Of a stretch of DNA of 64,000 nucleotides, positions 1 through 17,858 are shown one piece after another (position 1 is the first letter of the stretch; every line of letters starts with the position of its first letter). Below the pieces are notes generated by a model. It saw only the letters and a list, made by a program, of their open reading frames with translations. It did not search any database and was not told where the DNA came from. A program made the translations under genes and the position numbers. The DNA is from the human T2T-CHM13v2.0 reference genome, Homo sapiens, in assembly GCF_009914755.1 (NCBI RefSeq), contig NC_060927.1. One strand, written 5' to 3'.

Positions 1-132
1 TCTGTCTGTTTCATCAAAGTACCCTCTGTTCCTACAACAGGGCTCTGTATTTAGAAATGTGAAAAAAGTGTTTACCCTCTTTTACTGCTGGGTCCTTAGT
101 ATTTGGGAGACCCCACATTATAACTGAAACTA

Positions 133-478
<346 letters not shown>

Positions 479-657
479 AAGTTGTATGTTTCAATGCCTT
501 GATATGTTTATTTCACTAGTTCAGTCAGTCAACCATAGTTTTTGAGAACACACTACAGCCTAAGTGCTAGTCTGGGTTCCTGTGGAAAAACAAACAGAGT
601 AAAATAGAAATGTAATCTCAAGTCTACTGGTTGTAAAGTCCAAAACTGACAAACGAC

Positions 658-956
658 TTTTTTTTTTTTTTTTTTTTTTTTGATAGAGTCTCACTCTGCC
701 CAGGCTGGAGCGCAGTGGCGCGATCTCAGCTCGCTGCAGCCTCCACCTCCTGGGTTCAAAGTAATTCTGCCTCAGCCTCCCGAGTAGCTGGGATTACAGG
801 CACTGCCACCACACCCAGCTAATTTTGGTATTTTTAGTAGAGACAGGGTGTTCACCATGTTGCCCAGGCTGGTCTCAAACTCCTGACCTCAGGTGATCTG
901 CCTGCCTTTGCTTCCCAAAGTGCTGGGATTACAGGTGTGAGCCACTGTGCCCAGCC
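658..956 (-). mobile_element. Alu (AluS-like)
   Basis: Poly-T followed by the reverse Alu consensus. Confidence 0.92.
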
Positions 957-964
957 TCATTCTA

Positions 965-1086
965 TTTTTTTGAGACAGGGTCTCACTATGTTGCCTAGGC
1001 TGGAGTGAAGTGGCTATTCACAGGCCACTGCGAATATTCGATCCTCCTGCCTCAGCCTCTTGAGTAGCCGGGATTACAGGCACCAG
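965..1086 (-). mobile_element. FAM/7SL-like fossil Alu monomer with internal deletion
   Basis: Contains AGTGGCTATTCACAGGC, typical of 7SL/FAM and absent from dimeric Alu. Confidence 0.65.
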
Positions 1087-1249
1087 CAACAACAAAGACT
1101 GTAAAAGATTTTCAATGAATCAAGGAAAGAATCTTAACTAGTTGTTTGAGCTGAGTTCCATATGGACTAAAAATGCATGAAAACTGCTGTATCTTAACTG
1201 TTTACAGCAGTTCCCTCAGGGTATCATCTGTGTGACCTCCCTGGGCATG

Positions 1250-1670
1250 TGACACAAGCTGAGCCTATCACGCACCCCTTAGAACTGTCACAAACACATG
1301 ACCTAGGCTAGGCCAGTGACCATTCTTCCCTGGGATTTGTCAAACTTAAGCTGGGGGAAAAGAAGCCTGTTTTCTCTCAGATCACAGCAATAAAGATGTC
1401 TATAGATGGGCAATGACCACAGTCATATCCCCTTCCATGTAGAGGAAGCCCACCTGCAGCAAGACAAAAATTAACGCAACACTAAGAGATAAAAGGTGAG
1501 GAGAGCACGGAGCCACATAGGGCACACAGCTGTGTTTCAAGTCCCTGGTTATGAATGTCCTTAAAACCCACCTCATTCCAGCTCTTCCTGAAATCTAGTT
1601 AAGTAAGCAAAAAAAAAAACCCCTTTTGCTTCAGCTAGACTATGTGAGTTTCTGTTACTAACAACCAGGA
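1250..1670 (+). mobile_element. Old MaLR LTR remnant (MLT1-like)
   Basis: 3' end CCTTTTTGCTTCAGCTAG...TTTCTGTTACT resembles MLT1 termini. Confidence 0.5.
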
Positions 1671-1671
1671 A

Positions 1672-2128
<457 letters not shown>

Positions 2129-3259
2129 TAGGTTAAACCTCTTTGCTACCAGGTGTGCTCAAATCCCTTAAACAGGCAGATTTGACATAAAGTACTGTTT
2201 AATCATTTTTGCTTCTAAACAGAAGTGAGTCTCCCAAAGTCCCCCAAATACAATAATTTTTATCTTAAAAGTGCCTTTACATTGTCTAGATCAAACACTC
2301 AAAAACAAGTGGGAAGAAGTGACTGGGCTTCAGGATATACATAACAAAGAGCTTTAAGGGAACCACTAAGAAGGTAATCTCTTCAAACAGCCCACGTAAA
2401 TTATACTAATCTATGGAAAGAAATCTTCCATCACAAAGAGAATAACAAGAAAAATTTCACTTTCTTCCAACCCCAGCCACCAGCCAATCACCCTTTACTT
2501 CGCTGATTTCTGTATTATCATGTTCCTACCTTTCCTTCCTAAAATTGTTTTTTCCGTGTGAAACTAGAGGAAGCTATTCATGTTAAATCTGCTCAATTCT
2601 ACCTAAGATTGGGGAGCTATGAATAGAAACAGTATGCATCTGAATTAGTCACCAGCCACAAGGAAACTTGATGTTTGCCTTAATAGAAAACTCAGAAAAT
2701 TAATAATTTAGTAGCAGAATATTCAAAAAAGAGCGTTACCTTTCAAAAATATCTCAAGTTACTATAAGACTTTATTTGAAAGGAAGAGAAGTAAGAATTA
2801 CTGTCTAATCAAAGACTACGTAATGGTAAACTGCCCACATCATGTTTTTCATTAGTTTATTGTTAAGGACAATTCTGAATAATTTTAAAAGTACTTTTTC
2901 ATCACTAGCATTTAAGGAAAGAAAAAGATATTCTGCCCCCAGAAATGGCTTATTCAAGGTCAGCTTATGCATTTCTAAAATAGCAGGAGTTTCTAGATGA
3001 CAATTGACCCCAGACCTGGCTAGTCTAATTATGGTCCATATTCTCCCACCAGGCTGTCTAAAGGGTAGGCACTGGAACTGTATTGGTCCACTGCTGTGTT
3101 TTTAGTGTCTGACAGTGCCTGGTGTATCACACATAGGTGATTAACAAACCTTTGATGAATAAGTACATAAAAAGATCAATAAATAAATCCAACTGTATGT
3201 CCTACTTCCAGCTCTGACGAAGAGTTCGACATAAATTCTTGAGTTTCACATAAGTTCTA

Positions 3260-3362
3260 GCTGTAATCCCAGCTACTTGGGAGGCTGAGGCACGAGGACT
3301 GCTTAAGCCCAGGAGCTTGCGCCCAGCCTGTAAAATATGGCACAAGAGCCTGTCTCGAAAAA
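3260..3362 (+). mobile_element. Alu monomer fragment (FLAM-like)
   Basis: CTGTAATCCCAGCTACTTGGGAGGCTGAGG... Confidence 0.7.
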
Positions 3363-4253
3363 GACATTTCTTGAGAAACTGCCAAGAATGGAAATGGAGA
3401 AAGTAAAAGTTTTTCTTTCTTCAACTCAACCAAATTCAACAAGGATCTCTGGGCGTGTCCTCTGTGCCAGGCACTAGGCTAATAATACCTGCTGACACCC
3501 AGATAAAGATAAGAGAGCCCCTTCCTCCAGGTGTGCATCACAGTGAGCTGACATCACCTGGAGGCCATCTTTCACAGGGCCTATCTGCTCATCAAGGGGG
3601 TTCATCTTTAGTAGGAAGAAGAGAGAGAAGACAATGGAATACTTTGATTTTGAAATATGCTTAAATATCCTAACCAGCCACTGACTGCTTATAGCATCAT
3701 GTAACCTATTATTCATTTAACAGTGTTTCTACACAAAAACACATTCTAACAAAAATGCTACAGTTCCAGGGATGAACCCCCACATTCCTAATTCTTCACT
3801 TCTTCCACTACACCTCTGCTAAGGCAGAGCTGGAGGGAAGGAGAAGGAATAAAGGGCCACTGTGACAATGGGGGATCTTCTAGGACGGTAACATATGGGA
3901 AGGAAAGATGGGAGGTGTAATATTCCCATATTTGGCATGGATCATGCAAGTATTTGAAGACAAGAGGGGCTGTTCCTTTATTTCCAAACCTCACTAAATC
4001 CAGAAGCATCTTCTCATACTGAAATCCATCTTACTAAAGATATTACTACTACTGCTACCATCGGCTTGAATACATGATCACAGACAAATCATCAAGTTAC
4101 AGTAAATCCTGTTAAAAAGTAGATGATTACTTAATGGGTTCAGGTACCATCAAATTATGGCCCCTCCAAAAAAGCAGCTATAAAGAATAAAGTCCAACTA
4201 GTTTTGAAATTGAGTATCTGCTTTTCTCCTCAACACAAACAGTTTAAAAACAG

Positions 4254-4712
4254 GGCTGGGTGGGGTGGCTCATGCCTATAATCCCAGAACTTTGGGAGGC
4301 TGAGGCAATTGGATCACTTAAGGCCCAGGGTTCGAAACCAGCCTGGCCAACATGGCGAAACCCCGTCTCTACTAAGAATACAAAAATTTTTTTTTTTTTT
4401 GTAAAAAATAATTTTTACAGGCGCAGTGACTCATGCCTGTAATCCCAGCACTTTGGGAGGCCAAGGCGGGTGGATCACGAGGTCAGGAGTTCAAGACCAG
4501 CCTGGTCAACATGGTGAAACCCCATCTCTACTAAAAAATACAAAAAAGTTAGCCAGGCCTGGTGACGGGCAACTGTAATCCCAGCTACTCGGGAGAGTGA
4601 GGCAGAGAATTGTTCGAACCCCGGAGGTGGAGGTTACAGTGAGCCGAGATCATGCCACTGTACTCCAGCCTGTACAAGAGAACAAGACTCCGTCTCAAAA
4701 AAAAAAAAAAAA
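4254..4712 (+). mobile_element. Alu left arm plus full-length Alu
   Basis: Left monomer 4254-4386, then a dimeric Alu 4419-4712 with poly-A. Confidence 0.88.
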
Positions 4713-5886
4713 TACAGAGGTGCAATCAAAATAAGAATATTTGGTCATATCATCAGCATTCCCCAAAGGTACCACAGAGAGACCTGCGAAGAACTAGTAG
4801 CACTGGACTCCCATGACAGTTCCCACACCACACAAGACCCTCTCATGAGCAGCCCACAGCTCTTCCTCCTCTATCTCAGCCAGAATATTCTACTGCCTTA
4901 GCACACAAGGGCACACAAGAGGCACTCAACACTTTGCTCATGGTGATCACAAACACGGCTCAACATCTTCAAACTATTCAGATCTCAGCACATTACAGGG
5001 GTGGTTACAAATGTGGTTGGCTACTGCTTCTATTCTAGTCTTCTGGAATTATCTTACTGCGCAATTATATGGCTTCCTACATTAAGGAGTGTTTGCAGTC
5101 CAGCACACTCTGCAGGGGAAAAAAGGTGTGGTGTGGCAGAAAGAACACAAGTTTTGCAGTTAAGATAGTTGTTAAATTCAGATCCAAGGTTTGTCACCTT
5201 TCTCGCTGGTGGCCTTGGGAGAGTGGCAATCTGAACCTCAGTCTCCTCTTCTGAGGAATAAGGCTGCCACACAGGGATGTTGGGAGATCAGTGATAGCCC
5301 ACATAAAGCACCTAGCCCAGTAAAATGGTCTCTACTTTTCACGCCAAGCTGCCTATACCTCCTCTCACCCAACATATCCACATGCTGACCACAATGGCAC
5401 TGTGCGTTTCAACCTGACAGTCTGTGTGTGTGTGTAACAAAAGCAAAACTCTGCTAACATGAGCCTACATGAAACCTCAGGGGACAGATTAACTTGGTAC
5501 CAAATTACACGCTCCAAACCAAAAAGAAACAACTTTGATATAATTGACACATCAGCCTAGGTAAGAGAGACTCTTTTCTATGGGTTGCTGAAAACAAGGA
5601 AAACTTGAGAGGAACAGTTACGGCCCATCCTGAGGCAGTAAGAAACTGATTTCTTCTGATAACACAACTGCTCAGTCTAAAGCACTGAGAGAAACAGCCC
5701 TGTCTCTGGGCCTGGTGTCAAAGCAGGTTTGGAACCCTGGAATTCCAAGATTCCCAGTCTTGGAATCTAACAGCTCTATGGAGTTTTGGCCCTGCCTGGG
5801 GAGCAGTAAGGTAGGATGGACAGTAGATTTAAGATACTGATTGTGTTTGCAAACATGCCCCAGATAAGGAATGGTCAAAGCAGATT

Positions 5887-6191
5887 CCTTTTTTTTTTTT
5901 TTTTTGAGACGGAGTCTTGCTCTGTCGCCCAGGCTAGAGTGCAGTGGTACAAACAAACTCACTGCAGTCTCAACCTCCTGGGCTCAAGCAATCCTCCCGC
6001 CTCAGCCTCTCAAGCAGCTGAGACTACAGGTGCATGCCACCACACCTGGCTAATTTTTTTTATATGTATATTTTGGGAGAGGTAGAGTCTCACTACATTG
6101 CCAAGGCTGGTCTCAAACTCCTGAGCTCAAGCAATCCTCCCAGCTTGGCCTCCCAAAGTGCTAGGATTACAGGTGTGAGCCACCACACCTG
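5887..6191 (-). mobile_element. Alu (AluJ-like)
   Basis: Reverse Alu consensus. Confidence 0.9.
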
Positions 6192-6351
6192 GGGGATCAC
6201 AGAGCCAGAACCAGATGAGATAGGACTCAGGCCAGTATTCCTTACCCTAGACTTTACCATCTCATTCAAGTGTCCATGCACATCCAGAATTCCCTTCCCA
6301 ACAGTGCTTCTTTTTAAGCCTTTCAAAACATTGGCTTTATTTGGAGGTCAC

Positions 6352-7250
<899 letters not shown>

Positions 7251-7317
7251 AATGTGTCTTGAAAGAGACAAAGAGGAGACAAAATCATCTGGGTTGGTGA
7301 ATTCTTTAAGAAAATGA

Positions 7318-7665
<348 letters not shown>

Positions 7666-7998
7666 TCAACACAACAAACTATATGAAAAAATTTTTAGAG
7701 ATTGTATGATGTAGAGGAAAAAACACAGCACTGAGGAGGATAACTTTCTAGTAATATCCAACATTAACACAGGACATACTTTTTGATGTCCGAGTATGAA
7801 TTTCCACAGGCAGGGGAGAGTGGAATAGATAATCCCTAAGGTCTATGGATTCTGTGGGTTCCATGAAAAAACTTATTTAAAGGATTACTATGTCTTTTAA
7901 TCATTTTTTCTTTTCCTTAGATCCAGTTTGCATATTAGAACTTAACCATTTCTGGCTATAGAATCTAGTGTATTCTTGAAATAAGAGCTCCAGGGATA

Positions 7999-8300
7999 GG
8001 CGGGGCATGGTGGCTCATGCCTGTAATCCCAGTACTTTGGGAGGACGAGGAGGGCGGATCACTTGAGGTCAGGAGTTTGAGACCAGCCTGGCAAACATGG
8101 TGAAACCCTGTCTCCACTAAAAATACAAAAATTAGCTGGTCATGGTGGCATAAGCCTGTAATCCCAGCTACTCAGGGGCCTGAGGTAGGAGAATCACTTG
8201 AACTCCCGAGAGGCAGAGGTTGTAGTGAGCAGAGATCACACCACTGCACTCCAGCCTGGGTGACAGAGTGACATTCCGTCTCAAAAAAAAAAAAAAAAAA
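7999..8300 (+). mobile_element. Alu (AluS-like)
   Basis: Dimeric Alu with poly-A. Confidence 0.92.
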
Positions 8301-9338
8301 TTCCAGGGACAAGAACAACTCCTGAGCTAGGAAAAAAAAAAAAAAGAGAGAGAGAGAGAGACTAAGGTAATACAATAGACAACAATTTTCCTACCAGCAC
8401 ATTTATTTGTTAATTGCTTTAGGATGTCCAGAGTGTAGTACCTGTATACTCTGAGTCACGGTTTACTCTGAGTCACTGTGAACTTCTGTTTACTTTGTAG
8501 TAGTCACTATAAAACTATCAATGCACACTGGGCTCAGTATCAACAGGGCATACCTGCCAAGAAAATTTTGCTACAATAGTTTGGTTCAAACAATCTTTCA
8601 GTTACTGAGCAACATACCGTTGTCATCAAGATTCCTGACAATGCATTCTGAGTCAAAATGCACATCAGATTCCAGGTACGAAACCAACAACACACTCCAA
8701 ACCCCATCCACTCTCAGGCCTCCCAGGAAGATCTGCAAAGTGAGAAACGCACTGCCCCACCCTGTTTCTCCCCACTTCCCCAGAACTATTTCTGCTTAGG
8801 TATCTACCAAAAGCAGGCTTTCTACTCCAGGGACAAGAAGGATAAGAGACAGAATTCTCCATGTTCACTTCACCAATCAATTATTTCAACTACTTATAAA
8901 AAGCTTCCTATGCTGGGTACAATGATACACATGAACCTACTCAGCCCTTACAATTCTTCCAGGTAGGTGTGTTTGTGCTCACAATGTAGGAAAGTGAGGT
9001 GGAAGCTCAGGAGTGTCCTATCCAGAGCCACACAAGCAGTAAGGAGTACAGCTAGGCTGGACCAGGTCTTCTGATCCCATGTCCGGTACTCTTTTGGCCA
9101 TATCATTTGTTTACACTCTTACAAGCCTATGCTAATTTGGACACCCCAAAGAGAACATCTGAAGATCCTCTCCTAGAAAGCAGGACTAATGATCTAACAA
9201 CTAATGCCTGGTTTTTCAGTTAAGAGCAGAGTTTGCTGGCTTCACTCTTTCACCTTTATTTCAGCTGACAGGCAGAGCTTTGAAGAAACTCAAGGAGAAA
9301 CTGTGCATCAGTCCCTTCACTTAAAAATGCTTTTCACA

Positions 9339-9926
<588 letters not shown>

Positions 9927-10490
9927 TTGCTTTTCAGGGAAAAACACGCCCACATTCTCACCACCTCCAATAATGACAGACAGTGACTGGGCCCCGGTGT
10001 TTTATTCACCTCCAGGTTTACTCCCAGGAAATCTACAGTGGAAAAAGGCATCCACTAAAGACTTCCTTCAACATTTTTAGAGACTTAGGCTATCCAGATC
10101 TTTCCTCTCCAAATTCTACGAGTACAAATAGTGTTAATATTTATTACATAATAGATTCAGGAAACTGTGTTTCTATGACCACATGAATTTTTCTTACACA
10201 ACATTCATGCCAATTTTATTGGACTTGGAGTATATTATTTTAAATGACTATGGAGGTTTGTAATTATTGTATTGTTGATTTTATGACACATTATTGGTCC
10301 CATTCATGATTTATTTGATGCCAAGGCCTTGATCAGGACGTTAACACCCAAATATAACATTTTTCCTGTGGGAAAACACCATTTGCTTTAAAACACCTGC
10401 TTTTACGAGGGAGTTTTTTATTAATGCAACATCATAAGAAGCAGACAATACCTGTTCAAGAAAACCCTGAGTAAGCAAAATATAACTAAG

Positions 10491-11110
10491 TTTTTCTTTT
10501 TTCTTTTTTTTTTTTTTTTTTTGAGACACAATCTTACTCTGTCATCCAGGCTGGATGGAATGCAGTGGTGCGGTCTTGGCTCCCAGGCTCAAGCAACCCT
10601 CCCACCTTAGCCTTACAAGTAGCTGAGACTACAGGCACACACCACCACGCCTGGCTAATTCTTGTATTTTTTGTAGCAACGGGTTTCACCATGTTGTCCA
10701 GGCTGGTCTCGAATTCCTAGGCTCAAGTGATCTGCCCGCCTCAGCCTCCCAAAGTGCTGAGATTACAGGCGTGAGCCACTGTGCCTGGCTCTAAGTTTTT
10801 CTTTACTCAACATTTAGGAGAAAGAAGCTGCAGGCCGGGCACAGTGGCTCACGCCTGTAATCTCAACATATTGGGAGGTCAAGTCAGGCAGATCACTTGA
10901 GCCCAGGAGTATGAGACCAGCCCAGGTAAAATAGCAAAACCCCATATCTACAAAAACAAAAATAAGCCAAGGTGTGGTGTCATGTGCCTGTAGTCGCAGC
11001 TACTTGGGAAGCTAAGGTGGGAGAATCGCTTGAGCCCAGAAGGCGGAGGCTGCAGTGAGCAGCTCCACTGCACCACTGCCTTCCAGCCCTGGGCAACAGA
11101 GCAAGACTGT
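10491..11110. mobile_element. Head-to-head Alu pair (10491-10789 minus, 10833-11110 plus)
   Basis: Two Alu consensus matches in opposite orientation. Confidence 0.88.
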
Positions 11111-11118
11111 CACAGAGA

Positions 11119-12167
<1,049 letters not shown>

Positions 12168-12175
12168 CTACTTGC

Positions 12176-12436
12176 TGATGTCGTGGCTCACACCTGTAAT
12201 CCCTGCACTTTGCAAGGCTGAGGCAAGGATCATTTGAGGTCAGGAGTTCAAGACCAGCCTGGCCAATATGGTGAAATCCCATCTTTACCAAAAATACAAA
12301 ACTTGGCCAGGCATAGTGGCACATGCCTATAATCCCAGCTACTCAGGAGGTTGAGGCCAGAGAATCACTTGAACCCAGGAGGCGGAGGTTGCAGTGAGCT
12401 GAGAAGTTGCCACTTGGTGACTGAGCCACAAAAAAA

Positions 12437-12480
<44 letters not shown>
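12176..12480 (+). mobile_element. Alu with (AAAG)n tail
   Basis: Alu body, then GAAA tetranucleotide repeat ~12435-12480. Confidence 0.85.
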
Positions 12481-12527
12481 ACTTGCTGAATACCTGGGAG
12501 TAAATGATAAAAGAAATCTGGAAGGTA

Positions 12528-13921
12528 GGACATAGGCATGTGCAAAGATTTCATGACTAAAACACCAAAAGCAATCGTAACAAAAGCCAAATTTGACAAA
12601 TGGGATCTAATTAAAGAGCTTCTGCACAGCAAAGGAAACGATCATCAGAGTGAACAGGCAATCTACAGAATGGGAGAAAAATTTTGCAATCTAACCACCT
12701 GACAAAGGTCTAATATCCAGAATCTACAAGGAACTTAAACAAACTTATAAGAAAAAAAAACAACTCCATAAAAGAGTGGGTGAAGGATATGAACAGACAC
12801 TTCTCAAAAGAAGACATTCATGCAGCCAACAAACATATGAAAAAAAGCTCATCATCACAGGTCATTAAAAAAATGCAAATCAAAACCACAATGAGATACC
12901 ATATCAAGGCAGTTAGAATAGCGATTATTAAAAAGTCAGGAAACAGCTGGGCACGGTGGCTCACGCCAGTAATCCCAGCACTTTGGGAGGCCGAGGCAGG
13001 TGGATCACTTGAGGTCAGGAGTTCAAGACCAGCCTAACCAACATGGAGAAACCCCATCTCTACTAAAAATACAAAATTAGCCAGGCGTGGTGGCACATGC
13101 CTGTAATCCCAGCTACTCAGGAGGCTGAGGCAGGAGAATTGCTTGAACCCAGGAGGCGGAGGTTGTGGTGAGCCGAGATGGCGTCATTGCACCCCAGCCT
13201 GGGCAACAAGAGCAAAACTCCATCTCAAAAAAAAAAAAAAAAAAAAAGTCAGGAAACAACAGATGCTGGCGAGGCTGTGGAGAAATAGGAACACTTTTAC
13301 GCTGTTGGGAGTGCAAATTAGTTCAACTATTGTGGAAGACAGTGTGGCAATGCCTCAAGGATCTAGAACCAGAAATACCATTTGACCCAGCAATCCCATT
13401 ACTGAGTGTATACCCAAAGGATTATAAATCATGCTACTATAAACACATGCACACTTATGTTTACTGCAGCACTATTTACAACAGCAAAGACTTGGAACCA
13501 ACCCAAATGCCCATCAATGATAGACTGGATAAAGAAAATGTGGCACACATACAGCATGGAATACTATGTAGCCATAAAAAGAGTGAGTTCATATCCTTTG
13601 CAGGGACATGGATGAAGCTGGAAGCCATCATTCTCGGCAAACTAACACAGGACCAGAAAACCAAACACCACCTGTTCTCACTCATAAGTGGGAGTTGAAT
13701 GAGAACACGTGGACACAGGGAGGGGACCATCACACACCAGGGCCTGTCAAGCAGTAGGGGGCAAGGGGAGGGAGAGCATTAAGACAAATACCTAATGCAT
13801 GTGGGGATTAAAACCTAGATGACGGGTTGATAGGTGCAGCAAACCACCATGGCACATGTATACCTATGTAACAAACCTGCATGTTCTGCACATGTATCCC
13901 AGAACTTAAAATTAGAAAAAA
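12528..13921 (+). mobile_element. 5'-truncated L1PA (about PA8-10) with AluSp inserted at 12946-13247
   Basis: ORF2 C-terminal sequence and 3'UTR; 19-bp TSD AAAAGAAATCTGGAAGGTA (12509-12527, 13922-13940); Alu TSD AAAAAGTCAGGAAACA. Confidence 0.93.
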
Positions 13922-14032
13922 AAAAGAAATCTGGAAGGTAAACCTAATGCATCCCAGAGGAGCACACAGGTAGAGGTTCTGATCACTAGTCCTTTGCTAA
14001 GTAGCATCCTCATTCCAGCTTAACACATGAAG

Positions 14033-14087
14033 TGTTCTTGACTAACCAAGACATGTTCTTGACTAACCAAGACATGTTCTTGACTAA
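14033..14087. repeat. 21-bp tandem repeat, 2.6 copies
   Basis: Unit TGTTCTTGACTAACCAAGACA, copies identical. Confidence 0.95.
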
Positions 14088-14826
14088 TTACGGTAATACC
14101 TAAGGCTGGTGTTGGAATGGTAAGGTGGAAAAGAAGCAGTTTGCCCAAGGTTTCTTTCTGCAAATTTGGAAATAACAGAAGATTCCTCAGAGCCGAGTTC
14201 ATGAATGCAGGGACAGAGGGTTGGCCTCTTCTGTAACCTGTACTCTAGCTCCACTCTGGCTAATGCATCGTAGTGGGTGCTGAAGTCATGCTCTTCCAAG
14301 TTGAAATAACTTGTTGAATTCATTACTGGGTCTTGAGAACATTTTTTAAATTATTCACACATAATTTAGCATTCAGCAATTAATACAGCTGAGGAAACTG
14401 AGAGCTGGTAGGCAGTTAATTTCAAAACCCAATGCAGCATTACCAACTAGGTATAAAATTTCTCTTACACACCCACCAGCCAGCCAAAGCACCATCAAGA
14501 AAGTTTAGGTCTCTAAAAACCCTTGAGAGAGAAAATATTCAGAAGGAAAAGCTTTTCTCAAGATGAGAACATCCACAAACACTTTCCTGTTGTTAGAAAG
14601 ACTTAAATAAATGCAGAAGTGCTGAGAGTAGCCTTTGGAGTGCTAATGTAGCAGGGGTAAGCCACCCGCCCGGCCAGTTATCCTATTTCTGACAAATGTC
14701 GTTTGCTAGACTCAATCTCAGAGGTTACCCACAGCACTTCTTTTTAAACTAAAATGTATCTCAATTTTATTTTTAGAGGGCTGAATGAAATGTCAAGTGA
14801 TCAAACATTAAAATAGCCCCAAATCA

Positions 14827-15132
<306 letters not shown>

Positions 15133-15597
15133 CTAAATTACAGTATTACTGGTTACTGGATTCTTCCTGGTAAATATTTCCCAAATAAAAGTACTGAAAA
15201 AAGAAGTATTTCCATTTTCTTTAATTGTAAGTATTCTGATCAAAGTTATTTTCACTTTCTGTTGATTAAAGAATACTGTATTGCCATGATTTAAATTAAA
15301 CGTTTTTGAATGGATGGATTTTTTAACCACTTTCTGTCACATGAAAGTAATTAAGACATCATCCTAACTTCTTCTAGCATAGGGTGGCACCCAGATATTT
15401 GTGTCTCAATGGCACCAGAAACCTAAAATGAATCAAGATTGTAGTTCACTGAATAGTGAAATATTATTAATTCTAATTGTAATAGGACAGAACTGAAATT
15501 AATCTTTCCTTTAAAGGGGGGTAGGGGTACTCATTCAACAAAGGAATCAATATAAACAAGATCATAAAAGGGAAATAAGCTATTTAAACACATTTCA

Positions 15598-16313
<716 letters not shown>

Positions 16314-16463
16314 TTAGTTTCCTCAGGTTACAATATTTAATTGAAAACAATATAAATTTTTTAAAATCTGCCCATTCAGGCATTCTACTAATTATCACTG
16401 CTCTTCCCTTTACCACAACTAGCTTGAATCAATGAGGCCTCAATGTATTTAATTACAATCATA

Positions 16464-16843
<380 letters not shown>

Positions 16844-17525
16844 TTACGTAGATCCTAGGCTCTTAGGCACACACAGTGAATGTCTGAGGTTCAAGTATCA
16901 ATTGTACTGGCCCAGAAGTATTTCTGAAAATCCAGTAAACACAGGTTTTACTGGATTTCTGAAAATCCAGTAAACCAAAGGCTGACAACCATACAACTAG
17001 AGTTAGCACATATCCAGGGACCCTCAGAGGAGTGTGGTGCTAACTTGAGCTGTGGAAAGACTCTGTGATGAGCTTTTGTAGGTAGAGAGACCTATGAGGC
17101 TTTCTCAGGAGGGCTGGGAAAGACTGCCTGGTTACCAAGTAAGAAATGTTCTCTTTTTACCCCAAATGGTGCTGTTCTTGACTTCAAAAACAAATCAAAT
17201 GAAGGGCAAATTAAGGAGGAATAATCAAGACTGTGTGAGACCTGAACCGGTCACTGGAGGTGGTTTGGCCCACGATAAGGCTTCTGATTTTCCCTGCTCC
17301 CTTTCCCCAAGGCCGAGATTATACAAAGAAAAAAAGCTGTTGAGGAAAACTGAGAAAAAAATACATTTCTTTGGGTGCATATCCACAGGCAGCCAAAATA
17401 TTTTAAAAACCAACAAGGACATAGAGTTATAGATCACATTTGATCCTCTGTGCTCACGGAATTCCCTGTTCAGGCTCACTTTTAACCTCTTAACTCGGGA
17501 AGATTACAAAAATGTGAAGTAAATC

Positions 17526-17858
17526 TTTTTTTTTTTTTTTTTTGAGACGGAGCTTCACTCTTGTCACCCAGGCTGGAGTGCAGTGGCGTGATCTCGGCTC
17601 ACTGCAGTGTCCGCCTCCTGGTTCAACTGATTCTCCTGCCTCAGCCTCCCAAGTAGCTGGGATTACAGGTGCCCACCACCCCCCACCCCCAGCTAATTTT
17701 TGTATTTTTAGTACAGACAGGGTTTCACCATGTTGGCCAGGCTGGTCTCAAATGCCTGATCTCAGGTGATCCACCCGCCTCAGCCTGATCTCAGGTGATC
17801 CACCCGCCTCAGCCTCCCAAAGTGCTGGGATTACAGGCATGAGCCACTGTGCCCGGCC
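17526..17858 (-). mobile_element. Alu with internal 29-bp tandem duplication
   Basis: TSD AAATGTGAAGTAAATCTT; GCCTGATCTCAGGTGATCCACCCGCCTCA x2. Confidence 0.92.

Noticed and set aside
14033-14087. Repeat array as CRISPR-like
   Set aside because: No spacers, 2.6 adjacent copies, eukaryotic intron
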